This document shows, piece after piece, positions 37,795 to 48,695 of a stretch of 64,000 bases of DNA. This DNA comes from an archaeon (lineage in GTDB: Archaea; Undinarchaeota; CAZHTU01; JBDRCC01). The notes below the pieces were generated by a model. It saw nothing but the letters and a program-made list of their open reading frames with translations. It was not told the origin of the DNA and did no database searches. The translations under genes were made by a program, and so were the position numbers. Where the stretch lies: NCBI GenBank assembly GCA_043822065.1, contig JBDRCC010000007.1:1-64000 (forward strand). Reading direction: 5' to 3'. Each line of letters opens with the position of its first letter. The stretch's first letter is position 1.

Positions 37795-39068
37795 AGGCAG
37801 ACTTTGAGACAATAAAGGCGAGGCTTCCTCCGAAGATACTCTCCCAGGTAGAGGCGCACATAGCCGACAACAAGATTTCAGAGTCCAAGCAGGGTGACAT
37901 TTACTCAAAAGTCTACGAGCTATACAAGTCATACCGCGTCCAGCCGGGCGAAGCGGTTGGCACCATTGCTGCCCAGAGCATAGGCGAGCCTGGCACGCAG
38001 ATGATGATGCGGACGAAGCACTACGCCGGGGTCGCGATGGAAGTAACCAGGGGTCTGCCGAGGCTGATTGAGATATTCGATGCGCGCTCGATACCCTCAA
38101 CGCCGAGCATGGAAATCCACCTCGAACCGGAAATGGCGAAGAGCGAGGAAAAGGCAAAAGGGTGCGCAAACAAAATAGTCCAATCCTCAGTCAACCAGCT
38201 TGCGAAGTCAATAGAGATAGACTTTGGCCAGGCAAGGGTCGTAGTCAAGTTCGACCAGAACATGCTCAAGGAGCGGGCCATAGATGTCCTCGACACCGTC
38301 AAGCACCTCAAGAACGAGCTGAGGCACAAAATCGGGATAGAGGGCACCGAGGTTTACGTCCAGGCGAGAAAATCGTCCGCAGCGTCCCTTTATGCGCTCA
38401 GGGACAAAGTAAAGAACGCAAGGATTGCGGGCGTATCCGGAATCGAGCACGCGGTGCTCCAGGAAACCGGCGGCGAATTTATCATCTACACCAGGGGCTC
38501 AAACCTGAAGGACATACTAAACCTTGAATTCGTCTTGAAGGGCACGACAATCACAAACGACCTCTATCAGGTAGAAAAGGTCCTCGGCATTGAGGCGGCA
38601 AGGGCCACTATAATAAAAGAGGCGACCGAAACGCTTAGGGACGCGGGCTTGGTCGTCGACGCCAGGCACATCATGCTAGTCGCAGATGCCATGTGCGCAA
38701 CAGGCTCTATACAAGCTATTGGAAGGCACGGTGTTTCAGGCGATAAGGGCTCAGTCCTTGCGAGGGCAAGCTTTGAGGAGACAGTAAAGCACCTGCTACT
38801 TGCCAGCATATACGGCGAGTCAGACTATCTTAGGGGAGTCGTCGAGAACGTCATCGTCGGGCAGGTCGTCCCAGTAGGGACCGGTCTGCCGAAGCTCGTA
38901 ATGAAGTCGGGCGACGAATCAATCAAGACAATCCAGCCAGGCAGGCAAGCTCCAGCCCAGGCGCCGGCAGAGGAAGCCCCTCCTGCGGAAGAAGAAAAGC
39001 CAGAATCTGGCGAAGAAGAGCCAGAGCAAAAAGCTAAAAAAGGCAAAGGTACAAAGTCAAAGTCCTGA
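37791..39068 (+). CDS. rpo1C: RNA polymerase subunit A'' (Rpo1C)
   Basis: [27 protein letters not shown]. Confidence 0.96.
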   Translation: MKADFETIKARLPPKILSQVEAHIADNKISESKQGDIYSKVYELYKSYRVQPGEAVGTIAAQSIGEPGTQMMMRTKHYAGVAMEVTRGLPRLIEIFDARSIPSTPSMEIHLEPEMAKSEEKAKGCANKIVQSSVNQLAKSIEIDFGQARVVVKFDQNMLKERAIDVLDTVKHLKNELRHKIGIEGTEVYVQARKSSAASLYALRDKVKNARIAGVSGIEHAVLQETGGEFIIYTRGSNLKDILNLEFVLKGTTITNDLYQVEKVLGIEAARATIIKEATETLRDAGLVVDARHIMLVADAMCATGSIQAIGRHGVSGDKGSVLARASFEETVKHLLLASIYGESDYLRGVVENVIVGQVVPVGTGLPKLVMKSGDESIKTIQPGRQAPAQAPAEEAPPAEEEKPESGEEEPEQKAKKGKGTKSKS

Positions 39069-39073
39069 TTCAT

Positions 39074-39376
39074 ATGAACCTAGAAAACGCACTCAGAGCG
39101 GTAACGAAGACGGGAAAGGTGCAGATAGGCTCCAGGGCAGCCCTTAAAAATTCCAGGTCCGGGGCGGGCAAGCTCATAATCCTGTCGCAGAACTGCGTAA
39201 CTGAGACATTCTTCGGAGTGAAGCAGAACGCAGAGCTGACCAAGGTTCCAGTCTTCGTTTTCGAGGGTACGAGCAACGACCTGGGGACAGCATGCAAGAA
39301 GCCATTCCCGATTTCGGCTATAACCATCTTCGAGTCTGGCGATTCTGACATACTGGACCTTCTGAAGAAAAAATGA
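39074..39376 (+). CDS. rpl30e: 50S ribosomal protein L30e
   Basis: KTGKVQIG, DLGTACKKPF, GDSDI. Confidence 0.92.
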   Translation: MNLENALRAVTKTGKVQIGSRAALKNSRSGAGKLIILSQNCVTETFFGVKQNAELTKVPVFVFEGTSNDLGTACKKPFPISAITIFESGDSDILDLLKKK

Positions 39377-39798
39377 CGATAACCCTAGACAAGGCGACGA
39401 TTGAGTGCATAGGCCTTTTTCAGGGCATAACAACGGCAGCGGTCAGGGACTGCATCCTTGAGCCGACCCGCGCAGTCTATGTCGTCGAGGAAGGGCAGAT
39501 TGGTTCGGCAATCGGCAGGGACGGCGCAAACATCCATGCCGTCAGGTCAAGGGTCGGAAAAAGCGTCAAAGTTTACGAGTACAGCCCGGACCCAAAGAGG
39601 TTTATAGTGAACCTCCTTGACGGAGTCGAGCCGTATGAGATAACTATAAAAAACAACACGGCGTACATCACGATCTCAGCCGAGGACAAGGGGCGCGTTG
39701 TCGGAAAGGACGGAAAGAATATAAAGTCGCTCACAAAAATCCTTGAGCGCCAACACAACATAAGCAGCATAACAGTCAAGACAAAAACAGAGATATAA
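39373..39798 (+). CDS. nusA: Archaeal NusA (KH domains)
   Basis: [18 protein letters not shown]; conserved position. Confidence 0.92.
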   Translation: MTITLDKATIECIGLFQGITTAAVRDCILEPTRAVYVVEEGQIGSAIGRDGANIHAVRSRVGKSVKVYEYSPDPKRFIVNLLDGVEPYEITIKNNTAYITISAEDKGRVVGKDGKNIKSLTKILERQHNISSITVKTKTEI

Positions 39799-40235
39799 TG
39801 GCAAAGAAATCAAGAGGGCTCTTCGCAGCAAGGAAGCTTGAAAGCAGGCGGAAGAAGTTCAAAAACTCTGACAAGGACTGGAAGGTCCGGGCGCTAGGCA
39901 TTAGAATGAAGTATGCCCCCCTCAAGGGCGCGCCAATGGGCAGGGGAATAGTCATCGAGAAAGTAGGCCTTGAGGCAAAGCAGCCGAACTCCGCAATCCG
40001 CAAATGCGTAAAGATCCAGCTAATCGCCTCCGGCAGGCAGGTAACTGCGTTTGCCCCGGGCGTTGGCGCGATAAACTTCATAGATGAGCACGACGAAGTC
40101 GAAATCGATGGAATTGCCGGCGCAATGGGCAGGTCCATGGGCGACATACCGGGAGTCCGCTTCAAGGTCACAGCTGTAAACGGCGTATCCCTTAGGGAGC
40201 TCGTCAGGGGCAGGAAGGAGAAGGCCAGAAGGTAA
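39798..40235 (+). CDS. rps12: 30S ribosomal protein S12
   Basis: [22 protein letters not shown]. Confidence 0.97.
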   Translation: MAKKSRGLFAARKLESRRKKFKNSDKDWKVRALGIRMKYAPLKGAPMGRGIVIEKVGLEAKQPNSAIRKCVKIQLIASGRQVTAFAPGVGAINFIDEHDEVEIDGIAGAMGRSMGDIPGVRFKVTAVNGVSLRELVRGRKEKARR

Positions 40236-40237
40236 AG

Positions 40238-40840
40238 ATGATAGTCAAAATATTCAACAAGTGGGAAACGACCGGGATAGAGTTCAGGGACCCGGGGATA
40301 AAGGAGTATATTTCGCTTTCTGCAGTTATTGCCCCCACTTCCGGCGGAAGGCACGCAAAGACCCAGTTCTGGAAGGCCAAGATGTCAATCGTCGAGCGGC
40401 TAGTGAACAAGCTTACAGTCACCGGCCACCTGAAAGAGGGCAGGGTCCACAAGCGCACTTCAGGCAGGGACACTGGAAAGAAAATCACAAGCTACAACTC
40501 AGTCAAGGGCGCATTTGAGGCCATAGAGGCAAAGACGAAGGAGAACCCAATCCAGGTTCTAATCCGGGCGATAGAGAATGCAGCCCCCATAGAGGAGACA
40601 ACCGCGTTCAGGCAGGGCGGAATAATCGCAAGGAAAGCAGTCGACCTCGCCCCCTCGCGCAGGCTTGACCTCTCGCTTAGATTCATATCCCACGGCGCAG
40701 GCCAGAGGGCGTTCAGATCCAAGGCCACCCTCTCCGAGGCGCTCGCCGCAGAGCTAATCTCCGCAGCAAACAACGATAACAAGACCTATTCAATACAAAA
40801 GAAAGAAGAGACCGAGCGCGTTGCAGTAGGCGCAAGGTAG
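40238..40840 (+). CDS. rps7: 30S ribosomal protein S7
   Basis: IVERLVN, NPIQVL..AIENAAP, KKEETERVA. Confidence 0.96.
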   Translation: MIVKIFNKWETTGIEFRDPGIKEYISLSAVIAPTSGGRHAKTQFWKAKMSIVERLVNKLTVTGHLKEGRVHKRTSGRDTGKKITSYNSVKGAFEAIEAKTKENPIQVLIRAIENAAPIEETTAFRQGGIIARKAVDLAPSRRLDLSLRFISHGAGQRAFRSKATLSEALAAELISAANNDNKTYSIQKKEETERVAVGAR

Positions 40841-40978
40841 GGCTAATTCCGTCCGACTAAATCTTTAAAAACTAAACCCCCATATCTATCGTTGCCTTCG
40901 AGAAACTATATAAAGAAGGGGAAATAATCTGTCGAATATCCTGGTTTAGCAGGCTATTTTAGGTTATACCGGAATACA

Positions 40979-43159
40979 ATGGGACGACGTGAACAAATGA
41001 TTGCGGACGCGGCGAAAATGAGCCGCGACCCGCTGCACATAAGGAACATTGGGATAGTGGCACACATCGACCACGGCAAGACCACCTTATCTGATTCGCT
41101 CATAGCGGGTGCAGGCCTGATGTCCGAGGGGCTTGCGGGCAGGCAGCTCGTCATGGACTCATATGACCTCGAGCAGCAGAGGGGAATCACAATATTCGCC
41201 GGCGTGGCATCCATGGTCCACGAGTTTAAGGGCCAGAAATACCTTGTAAACCTCGCCGACACCCCCGGGCACGTCGACTTTGGCGCTGAAGTAGTCAGGT
41301 CGATGCGGGCAGTCGACGGAGTCATTGTAGTCGCATGCGCGGTCGAAGGCGTGATGCCGCAGACCGAAACCGTCATCCGCCAGGCTCTCGAAGAGAGGGC
41401 AAGGCCGCTCCTTTTCATAAACAAAGTTGACCGGCTCCTGAACGAGCTCAAGCTCACTCCGGAGGAGCTCCAGAACCGGTTCCTGAAGACAATCAACGAG
41501 GTCAACAAGCTTATCCGGAGCATGGCTCCAGACGACCTCAAGGAGAAATGGCAGGTCAACGTAAACGATGGCTCCGTCGCGTTCGGCTCGGCTTACCACA
41601 CCTGGGCGCTGAACGTCCCGGTAATGAAAGAGAAGAAAATCACATTCAAGGACATAATCGACACTTACTCCAAGCACGGCTCAAACCTCGAAGCCGCCGC
41701 CGAGGAGCTGTCCAAAAAGGCCCCATCCTACCAGGTTCTCCTTGACATGGTCGTAACGCATCTTCCAAATCCACTCGTCGCCCAGAAGTACCGGATTCCA
41801 AAAATCTGGAGCGGGGACATATCCTCTGAACTCGGGAAGAGCCTTGTAAACTGCAATGCAGACGGCCCGCTCGCATTCATGGTAACGAAAGTCAATGTCG
41901 ACCCGCAGGCTGGCGAGGTCGCCACAGGGCGCCTTTTTTCAGGGACTATCAAGCCTGGAATGGACATAAAATATGTCACTGGGAAGTCAACAGGCAGGAC
42001 CCAGCAGATAAGCCTCATGATTGCAAACGAGAGGTACAACGTCGATGAGGTCTCAGCAGGCAACCTCGTAACCGTATCAGGCCTCAAGAATGCAATCTCC
42101 GGCGAGACCATCTGCGAGGTAGGCACCGAGATGGAGCCGTTCGAGTCCATCCACCTCTCTGAGCCGGTCATTTCCAAGGCCGTCGAAGCGAAGAACACGA
42201 AGGACCTGCCAAAGCTCATCCAAGTCTTAAGGGACCTTGAGAAAGAGGACCCCTCAATGAAGATTCAGATAAATGACGAGACCGGCGAGCACATAATCTC
42301 CGGCATGGGGGAGCTCCACCTCGAAATCATCGAGCACAGGATAACAAAGGACAGGGGCGTCCAGATTATCACCTCCCCTCCAATCGTCGTTTACCGGGAG
42401 ACTGTCGCAAAGGGCGCAGGCCCGATTGAGGGCAAGTCCCCGAACAAGCACAACAAATTCCTTATCGAGGTCATGCCCGTCGAGGAGAGCATAATAAAAG
42501 CCATTGACTCCGGCGAGCTGGACCTCACCCGGCTCAAGGGCAAGGAGCTCGCTACCTCCCTGATACAGTTCGGGATGGAGAGGGACGAGGCAAAGAGGGT
42601 TAAGGCGATACACGGGACCAACATACTCGTAGACGCGTCGAAGGGAGTTCAGAACCTCTTTGAGACAATGGAGCTGGTAGTCCAGGCATTTGAGGAGGCA
42701 ATGGACTCAGGTCCGCTTGCAAGGGAGAAAGCGGCACGAGTTAAGGTAAGGCTTACCGATGCGTCCCTCCACGAGGACACAATCCACAGGGGTCCGGGGC
42801 AGGTAATCCCGGCAGTAAAGGACGCTATATACTCAGCAATGCTGCAGGCAGCTGCCGGCCTCATAGAGCCGAAGCAGAAGATTTATATCCGCGTCCCGCA
42901 GGACTACATGGGTGCGGTTACCCGCGAGCTGCAGTCTAGGCGCGGGCAGATACTTGACATGAACCAGGAAGGGGATTTATCGATCATTGAAGCTAAGGCC
43001 CCAGTTGCCGAGATGCTCGGATTCGCGTCAGCGATCCGCTCGGCGGCAGAGGGCAGGGTTCTTTGGAGCACTGAAAACGCAGGTTTTGAGCTGCTTCCGA
43101 GAGAGCTTCAAGATGACGTTGTCCGGAAAATCCGGCAGCGTAAAGGTATAGGAGGTTAA
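40979..43159 (+). CDS. fusA: Elongation factor 2
   Basis: [33 protein letters not shown]. Confidence 0.97.
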   Translation: MGRREQMIADAAKMSRDPLHIRNIGIVAHIDHGKTTLSDSLIAGAGLMSEGLAGRQLVMDSYDLEQQRGITIFAGVASMVHEFKGQKYLVNLADTPGHVDFGAEVVRSMRAVDGVIVVACAVEGVMPQTETVIRQALEERARPLLFINKVDRLLNELKLTPEELQNRFLKTINEVNKLIRSMAPDDLKEKWQVNVNDGSVAFGSAYHTWALNVPVMKEKKITFKDIIDTYSKHGSNLEAAAEELSKKAPSYQVLLDMVVTHLPNPLVAQKYRIPKIWSGDISSELGKSLVNCNADGPLAFMVTKVNVDPQAGEVATGRLFSGTIKPGMDIKYVTGKSTGRTQQISLMIANERYNVDEVSAGNLVTVSGLKNAISGETICEVGTEMEPFESIHLSEPVISKAVEAKNTKDLPKLIQVLRDLEKEDPSMKIQINDETGEHIISGMGELHLEIIEHRITKDRGVQIITSPPIVVYRETVAKGAGPIEGKSPNKHNKFLIEVMPVEESIIKAIDSGELDLTRLKGKELATSLIQFGMERDEAKRVKAIHGTNILVDASKGVQNLFETMELVVQAFEEAMDSGPLAREKAARVKVRLTDASLHEDTIHRGPGQVIPAVKDAIYSAMLQAAAGLIEPKQKIYIRVPQDYMGAVTRELQSRRGQILDMNQEGDLSIIEAKAPVAEMLGFASAIRSAAEGRVLWSTENAGFELLPRELQDDVVRKIRQRKGIGG

Positions 43160-43164
43160 GACAC

Positions 43165-44445
43165 ATGGCGACCAACAAGCCACACATGAACTTGGTCTTC
43201 ATCGGACACGTAGACCACGGGAAATCCACCACAGTCGGGAGGATTCTCTTCGAAAAGGGAGTCATCTCAGAACAGGTGATTAAGAAATACGAAGACGAGG
43301 CTGCGAAGTCCGGTAAGGCAACGTTCAAGTTCGCGTGGGTAATGGATGCTATGAAAGAGGAACGTGAGCGGGGTCTTACAATAGACATCGCGCACAGGAG
43401 ATTCGACACGGACAAGTACTACTTTACCGTCATCGACGCTCCCGGCCACAGGGATTTCGTGAAGAACATGATCACGGGCACCTCGCAGGCCGACGCAGCT
43501 GTCCTTGTCATCGCCGCAAACGACGGTGTCATGGAACAGACGAAGGAGCACGCATGGCTCGCCAGGACTCTTGGGATACAGCAGCTGATAGTTGCTATGA
43601 ACAAGATGGACACGGTGAACTTTGACGAAAAGGTGTACAACGACCGCAAGAAGGAAATAGAGAGCCTCCTCAAACCGATTGGCTACAAGATGGAGAATGT
43701 CCCCGTCGTGCCGATAGCCAGCTATGCAACAGCCGAGAACCTTACTCAGAAGGCTGGCGCAAAGATGGGCTGGTACAAGGGTCCATCCATCATTGAGGCG
43801 CTCGATGCGCTTAAGGAGCCGCCCAAGGCGACAGACAAGCCGCTCAGGCTGCCCCTCCAGGACGTCTACTCCATAACCGGAGTCGGCACAGTCCCGGTAG
43901 GCAGGGTTGAGACCGGCGTAATCAAGCCCGGCATGAAGATTGCCTTCGAGCCGGCGGGCGTGACTGGCGAGGTCAAGACCGTGGAAATGCACCACGAGCA
44001 GCTCTCGCAGGCAGGTCCGGGCGACAACGTAGGCTTCAACGTAAGGGGCGTCGGCAAAGACGACATCCGCAGAGGAGACGTCGTCGGGCCGGCAGAAAAC
44101 CCGCCAACGGTTGTAGAGGAGTTTACGGCGCAGATAGTTGTTTTAAAGCACCCGTCTGCAATAACCGTAGGCTACACTCCTGTGTTCCACGCACACACGA
44201 CACAGTGCGCGTGCACCTTTACTGAACTGACAAAGAAAATTGACCCGAAGAGCGGCCAAGCGGTTGCGGAGAACCCGGACTTCATAAAGACCGGCGACGC
44301 TGCAATCGTCAAGCTGAAGCCATTACAGCCACTCGTGCTGGAAAAGGCTTCTGACTTCCCGCCACTCGGAAGGTTTGCAGTCAGGGATTCGGGTGCAACT
44401 GTCGCAGCCGGTGTTGTGCTGGACATAGTCCCGAAGAAGAAATAG
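43165..44445 (+). CDS. tuf: Elongation factor 1-alpha
   Basis: [25 protein letters not shown]. Confidence 0.97.
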   Translation: MATNKPHMNLVFIGHVDHGKSTTVGRILFEKGVISEQVIKKYEDEAAKSGKATFKFAWVMDAMKEERERGLTIDIAHRRFDTDKYYFTVIDAPGHRDFVKNMITGTSQADAAVLVIAANDGVMEQTKEHAWLARTLGIQQLIVAMNKMDTVNFDEKVYNDRKKEIESLLKPIGYKMENVPVVPIASYATAENLTQKAGAKMGWYKGPSIIEALDALKEPPKATDKPLRLPLQDVYSITGVGTVPVGRVETGVIKPGMKIAFEPAGVTGEVKTVEMHHEQLSQAGPGDNVGFNVRGVGKDDIRRGDVVGPAENPPTVVEEFTAQIVVLKHPSAITVGYTPVFHAHTTQCACTFTELTKKIDPKSGQAVAENPDFIKTGDAAIVKLKPLQPLVLEKASDFPPLGRFAVRDSGATVAAGVVLDIVPKKK

Positions 44446-44454
44446 GAAATAGCA

Positions 44455-44486
44455 TCCAGAAGCAGCCATAAGGCTGCTTCCTGGAA
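44455..44486 (+). terminator. Hairpin between tuf and rps10
   Basis: CCAGAAGCAGCC-ATAA-GGCTGCTTCCTGG. Confidence 0.45.
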
Positions 44487-44499
44487 CATTTAGAAGAAC

Positions 44500-44808
44500 A
44501 TGTCAACAGCTCGAATAAGGCTGATAAGCACGAACCTGGACAGCTTAGCCAGCATTTGTGCCGAAATCGGCGACATAGCGAAGCGGACATCGACCAAACT
44601 GAAGGGTCCAATCCCACTTCCGACAAAGAAGATGCGGGTTACCACGCGCAAGTCTGTTTCAGGCGACGGCACGGCAACTTTTGACCGCTGGGAAATGCGA
44701 ATCCACAAGCGGCTCATAGACATCGAGACTACCGAGCGCGCCATGAGGCAGATAATGCGCATTCAGGTTCCGGAAGACGTCCAGATTGAGATAGAAGTCC
44801 CGACTTAG
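44500..44808 (+). CDS. rps10: 30S ribosomal protein S10
   Basis: [21 protein letters not shown]. Confidence 0.96.
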   Translation: MSTARIRLISTNLDSLASICAEIGDIAKRTSTKLKGPIPLPTKKMRVTTRKSVSGDGTATFDRWEMRIHKRLIDIETTERAMRQIMRIQVPEDVQIEIEVPT

Positions 44809-44858
44809 GGAGTAGTTTCTCGATAATTATTAAACCGAGCCAGCAATAGCTTTTTTTG

Positions 44859-45638
44859 ATGAAGACATCCATCCTAATTACCAACGACGACGGCCCGAAC
44901 TCGCCCTTTCTCGCCCCCCTTGCGAGCGAACTATCCTCGCTTGGCAACATTACAGTCTGCGTTCCCGCGGTCCAGCAGTCCGCAATAGGCACCGCGTTCT
45001 CCGCCCAGTACCCAATCTCCTACTATGAGGAGCAGCTCAACGGCGGCAAGATGTACATCGTCTCAGGCTCGCCAATCGACTGTTTCAGGATGGCGTACCA
45101 CAACCTCGTCGGAAAGCGCCCGGACATTGTCGTCAGCGGGATAAACCTCGGGGAGAACCTTTCCTTGATTTCAACAGCATCTTCCGGCACCCTTGGCGTC
45201 GTCAGCTATGCGGCAATGCACGGAATCTCGGGAATCGCATTCAGCCAGGAGGTCAGGCTCGAGGCCCTGAAGTACCACCGCGGCAGCATAGACCTTCCTG
45301 CGTCAATCCCCTCCAAACTGGCAAAGCGGATGGTGTCTGCCATTCTTAAGAAGGGAATGCCGGAGGGCGCCGACTTCCTGAACGTTAATTTTCCAGCCGG
45401 CGTGAAAATGTCAACCCCAATAAAGATAACGCCCTTATCTAAAGCATACTACAAGGACGCGTTGGATCCGAGGAAGGACCCCCACGGCAGGCTTTACTAC
45501 TGGAACGCAGGCAAGCCAGTGCTCAAGGGCGCCAAAGGGACGGACACATATGAGCTGAAAAGCGGATTTGTCTCGGTTACGCCAATAGCCCTGCCACACA
45601 GCCCGAAAACTCAGCTTCTTCCAGATTTTTTTAGGTAA
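44859..45638 (+). CDS. surE: 5'/3'-nucleotidase SurE
   Basis: ILITNDDG, VVSGINLGEN, SGT, NVNFP, VSVTP. Confidence 0.93.
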   Translation: MKTSILITNDDGPNSPFLAPLASELSSLGNITVCVPAVQQSAIGTAFSAQYPISYYEEQLNGGKMYIVSGSPIDCFRMAYHNLVGKRPDIVVSGINLGENLSLISTASSGTLGVVSYAAMHGISGIAFSQEVRLEALKYHRGSIDLPASIPSKLAKRMVSAILKKGMPEGADFLNVNFPAGVKMSTPIKITPLSKAYYKDALDPRKDPHGRLYYWNAGKPVLKGAKGTDTYELKSGFVSVTPIALPHSPKTQLLPDFFR

Positions 45639-45709
45639 ACGCCGGAAAATATCCCCTGCGCGCCTATGAGTTAATGATTTAAATCACCTGCACATTTATT
45701 GCACTCCTA

Positions 45710-46246
45710 ATGCCGTTAAGCAACAACCAGATACTTGGCGTAGTCATATCGGTTGTAGTATTCACCCTCGTTGCCCATACCTTCTACCCGCGGCTTTTTC
45801 TTTTCACTGCTTTTGTCGCCCTTGGGCTGATAAGCAAGTACTATAAGGCGCTTTACGCAGTCTCCTTCCTCATAGTTGACCTGACTGACCTTTTTGTTTA
45901 CCTGACATTCTACAAGCTGGGGCCAAGCTACGCTTTCATGATTGCCCCAATATTCGCCTACACCTATCTTGCGATGGGATGGGCTGGAAACGAGGGGCCG
46001 ACCGACGCAACCGCCAGGCTAATCGGAATACTCATCTCAACCCTCCTCCTGTTCCAGCTTGGGGTGATGTTTCCGCCCATGATGGCGATAGTGATATACG
46101 TCACAGTCGCAGGCTTCATCTGGGGGATGCTGCAGATGCTGGTTTTTCACATACCCAATCCCATATACTTCCCCATCGCCCTATGCCGGGGCGTCCTTTA
46201 CTACAAGCTCCTTCCATATTTTATGCCCCTCCTCGGGTTAGGCTAA
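45710..46246 (+). CDS. Membrane protein, paralog A
   Basis: Multi-TM; closely similar to next gene. Confidence 0.7.
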   Translation: MPLSNNQILGVVISVVVFTLVAHTFYPRLFLFTAFVALGLISKYYKALYAVSFLIVDLTDLFVYLTFYKLGPSYAFMIAPIFAYTYLAMGWAGNEGPTDATARLIGILISTLLLFQLGVMFPPMMAIVIYVTVAGFIWGMLQMLVFHIPNPIYFPIALCRGVLYYKLLPYFMPLLGLG

Positions 46247-46293
46247 AACCCCGAAAGTTAAGGATTTAAAGCGGACCGTACTCTAGTGGATAG

Positions 46294-46842
46294 ATGCCGC
46301 TCAGCAAAAACAAGATAGTGGGGGCTGCCATAACTCTTAGCCTATTGACCGTACTAACCAACACCTACTATCCAAAGCTTTTCTACTTCCTGGTGTTCGC
46401 AAGCATCGGCCTCATCTCGAAGTACTACAAGGCGGTTTACGCAGTCTCTTTCCTGATAATCGACCTGACGGATTTTTTTGTAATCCTCGCCTTCTACAAG
46501 CTCGGCTCTACCTACGCGTTCGCGCTCGTGCCGATTTTTGCCTATTTTTACCTTGTAACTGGATTGTACGGCAATGAGGGCCCAACGGACTGCACCTCTA
46601 GATTCATAGGGCATTTGCTCAACACCCTCCTGTTGTTTTACACTGCCGCCGTGTACCCTCCTGCGACTGTCTTTTTCATCTATATACTATTGGCCGGCCT
46701 AATCTGGGGTACAAACCAGATGCTGATGTTCCACATAATAAACCCAGTCTACTACCCCATAGCTATCTGCCGCGCAGCGCTCTACTGGCGGGTTCTGCCA
46801 TACCTCCTTCCGCTTATCGGTTTAGCGACTATCCCCCCTTAG
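46294..46842 (+). CDS. Membrane protein, paralog B
   Basis: Shares GLISKYYKA.YAVSFLI.DLTD, GNEGPTD, YxPIAxCR with paralog A. Confidence 0.7.
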   Translation: MPLSKNKIVGAAITLSLLTVLTNTYYPKLFYFLVFASIGLISKYYKAVYAVSFLIIDLTDFFVILAFYKLGSTYAFALVPIFAYFYLVTGLYGNEGPTDCTSRFIGHLLNTLLLFYTAAVYPPATVFFIYILLAGLIWGTNQMLMFHIINPVYYPIAICRAALYWRVLPYLLPLIGLATIPP

Positions 46843-46891
46843 CCCCGCAACTGCATAAAGCATATAAAGATTTCCCGGCTATACTCCGGAT

Positions 46892-47476
46892 ATGAAACTC
46901 AGTGAAAGGTTGGCACATTACCTTCCGAACGACTGGAAGATATACGCGTTCACAGCCGTGGCTCTCCTCTCGCTTGGGCTATACTTCGTAATACTCGGGC
47001 TTATACAGTTTGCAGGCACGCTAAAGCTCATTTTCCTTTTCATCTCGCTCACAATCCTCATCATAATAATGCGGTTTCCCGAGAGGATATCCGAAGTGGG
47101 CGGGACGGACATAGAGCTCGTCCTGATAGCATTCATGGGCGCATTCTACGGCCCGACAATAGGCGGGGCGTTCGGCTTCCTGTCGACCGCAGTTTCCGAA
47201 TACTTCACTGCGAACACGCCGCAGTACCGGATAGCCGAGACTATAGCACACACGATAGTCGGGATAGTCGCCGGGCTTTGGCTCACCCTGACTCCAGAGA
47301 ACTACATGTTCGTCCTGATGGTTTTTGTCGTCGTTTCCCATGTAATCTCCCGCCCGATTTGCATCGCAATCGGCTGCCCGTTTGTCCCTCAGGTCGGCTA
47401 CATGTTCGTCAACATCCTCTGGTCCTACGTCATAATCCGCCAGTTCGGGCTTTACCTCTTCAGCATATTCGCGTGA
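46892..47476 (+). CDS. Membrane protein, ECF S-component-like
   Basis: GAFYGPTIGGAFG motif, about 6 TM. Confidence 0.5.
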   Translation: MKLSERLAHYLPNDWKIYAFTAVALLSLGLYFVILGLIQFAGTLKLIFLFISLTILIIIMRFPERISEVGGTDIELVLIAFMGAFYGPTIGGAFGFLSTAVSEYFTANTPQYRIAETIAHTIVGIVAGLWLTLTPENYMFVLMVFVVVSHVISRPICIAIGCPFVPQVGYMFVNILWSYVIIRQFGLYLFSIFA

Positions 47477-47481
47477 GCCAA

Positions 47482-47811
47482 ATGGAAACAATAAGCTACT
47501 CAGACTTCAAAAAAATGGAGCTCAGGGTAGGGAAAATCCTCCTGGTCTCCCGCGTCGAGGGCGCAGACAAGCTCTACAAACTGAAGGTAGACATAGGCCG
47601 GGGTGAGCCAATATCGCTGGTCACCGGGCTTGTGCCATACTACTCTGAAGACAAGCTCCTTGGGAAAGAGATTGTAGTTCTCGTCAACCTAGAGCCGAAG
47701 AAGCTCAAGGGCGAAGTGTCCAACGGAATGCTCCTATGCGCCGAGGACGGCGGCAAGGTCGCGCTGCTGAAGCCCGACTTTGGCGTCTCACCCGGCTCAG
47801 TTGTGGACTGA
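47482..47811 (+). CDS. Stand-alone tRNA-binding domain protein (Trbp111/CsaA/MetG C-term)
   Basis: DFKKMELRVGKI, ADKLYKLKVDIG, NLEPKKLKGEVSNGMLL. Confidence 0.9.
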   Translation: METISYSDFKKMELRVGKILLVSRVEGADKLYKLKVDIGRGEPISLVTGLVPYYSEDKLLGKEIVVLVNLEPKKLKGEVSNGMLLCAEDGGKVALLKPDFGVSPGSVVD

Positions 47812-47854
47812 GAAAAGTTTTAAACAAACACCCACTATACTTTAACTACCTCAT

Positions 47855-47942
47855 GCCGAGGTGGCAGAATCTGGCTAATGCGCTGGTCTTGAGAACCAGT
47901 GGGCCTTTCGGGTCCGTATGAGTTCAAATCTCATCCTCGGCG
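47855..47942 (+). tRNA. tRNA-Ser(TGA)
   Basis: GCCGAGG/CCTCGGC-G, CTGGT-CT TGA GA-ACCAG, long variable arm. Confidence 0.92.
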
Positions 47943-47998
47943 CTTTTCATTCAGAATCAATCCTAAGGTATATATATCGCGCGCATTTACACAGGGGC

Positions 47999-48574
47999 AT
48001 GGGGATACTAAAAGAGGCGCGTTTTGAAAAATCACTTCATGAGACGGAAAAAATACTGTACGCCATTGTACCGTCGCTTTTGAGCAGTCCACACATATGG
48101 TTGGGCGTTTTCCTGTTCTTCTACGGCATACTCTTAGGTTCTTTTATTTCAGGAGCAGGCATCTTCTTTCTCATTCTCAGTATCCTGATGATACAATGGG
48201 GATATGTCAAAATAAAAAGGACAACATACTACATCACAAACGTGCGGGTAGTTATGGAGTTGCCATTTTTTAATTATCACGTGATGGACATAACCTACGA
48301 CAAAATCACAGATGTCCAAGCACGCCAAAGCTTTTTAGAGCGCATCCTTGACTATGGTCACGTAATCATCAACACAGCAGGCACCCCTCTTTCTGAACTC
48401 AAGATTATGGGGGTTAGAAACTATGCTGAGCTGGGTGAGGCGATAAATGGCTGCCGCGCAAAAAAATCCACAACAACGGAAGAATCCCCCTTGGCTATCC
48501 TAAAGAAAAGGTTTGCCAGAGGCGAGATAAATGAAGACGAATTTTTGAAAAAGAAGCGACTCTTGGCAGAATAG
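47999..48574 (+). CDS. Membrane protein with bacterial PH (bPH_2) and SHOCT domains
   Basis: YYITNVRV...KITDV...QSFLERILDYGHV.I.TAG; LKKRFARGEINEDEF. Confidence 0.85.
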   Translation: MGILKEARFEKSLHETEKILYAIVPSLLSSPHIWLGVFLFFYGILLGSFISGAGIFFLILSILMIQWGYVKIKRTTYYITNVRVVMELPFFNYHVMDITYDKITDVQARQSFLERILDYGHVIINTAGTPLSELKIMGVRNYAELGEAINGCRAKKSTTTEESPLAILKKRFARGEINEDEFLKKKRLLAE

Positions 48575-48576
48575 GA

Positions 48577-48597
48577 CATCCTATGTGCTTTTTATTC
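48577..48597 (+). repeat. Degenerate copy of tRNA-Ser 3' end and flank
   Basis: CATCCTATGTGCTTTTTATTC vs CATCCTCGGCGCTTTTCATTC (47932-47952), 17/21. Confidence 0.55.
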
Positions 48598-48695
48598 CAA
48601 AGAAACAAAAACCCGTTTCCTTGGCACCTCTTTTTACGCGGTTTAGTTGAAACCTAAATAAAAGAATAAGAACTAGATGTTCTTTACTCACAAAT

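Noticed and set aside
42760-42810. Variant EF-2 diphthamide loop
   Set aside because: [12 protein letters not shown] is canonical.
47855-47942. Selenocysteine or suppressor tRNA
   Set aside because: Anticodon TGA reads TCA (Ser); tRNA-Sec would have anticodon TCA and a longer acceptor stem.
47918-47998. N-terminal extension of the bPH_2 gene
   Set aside because: It overlaps tRNA-Ser; ATG at 47999 follows a TATA-like element.
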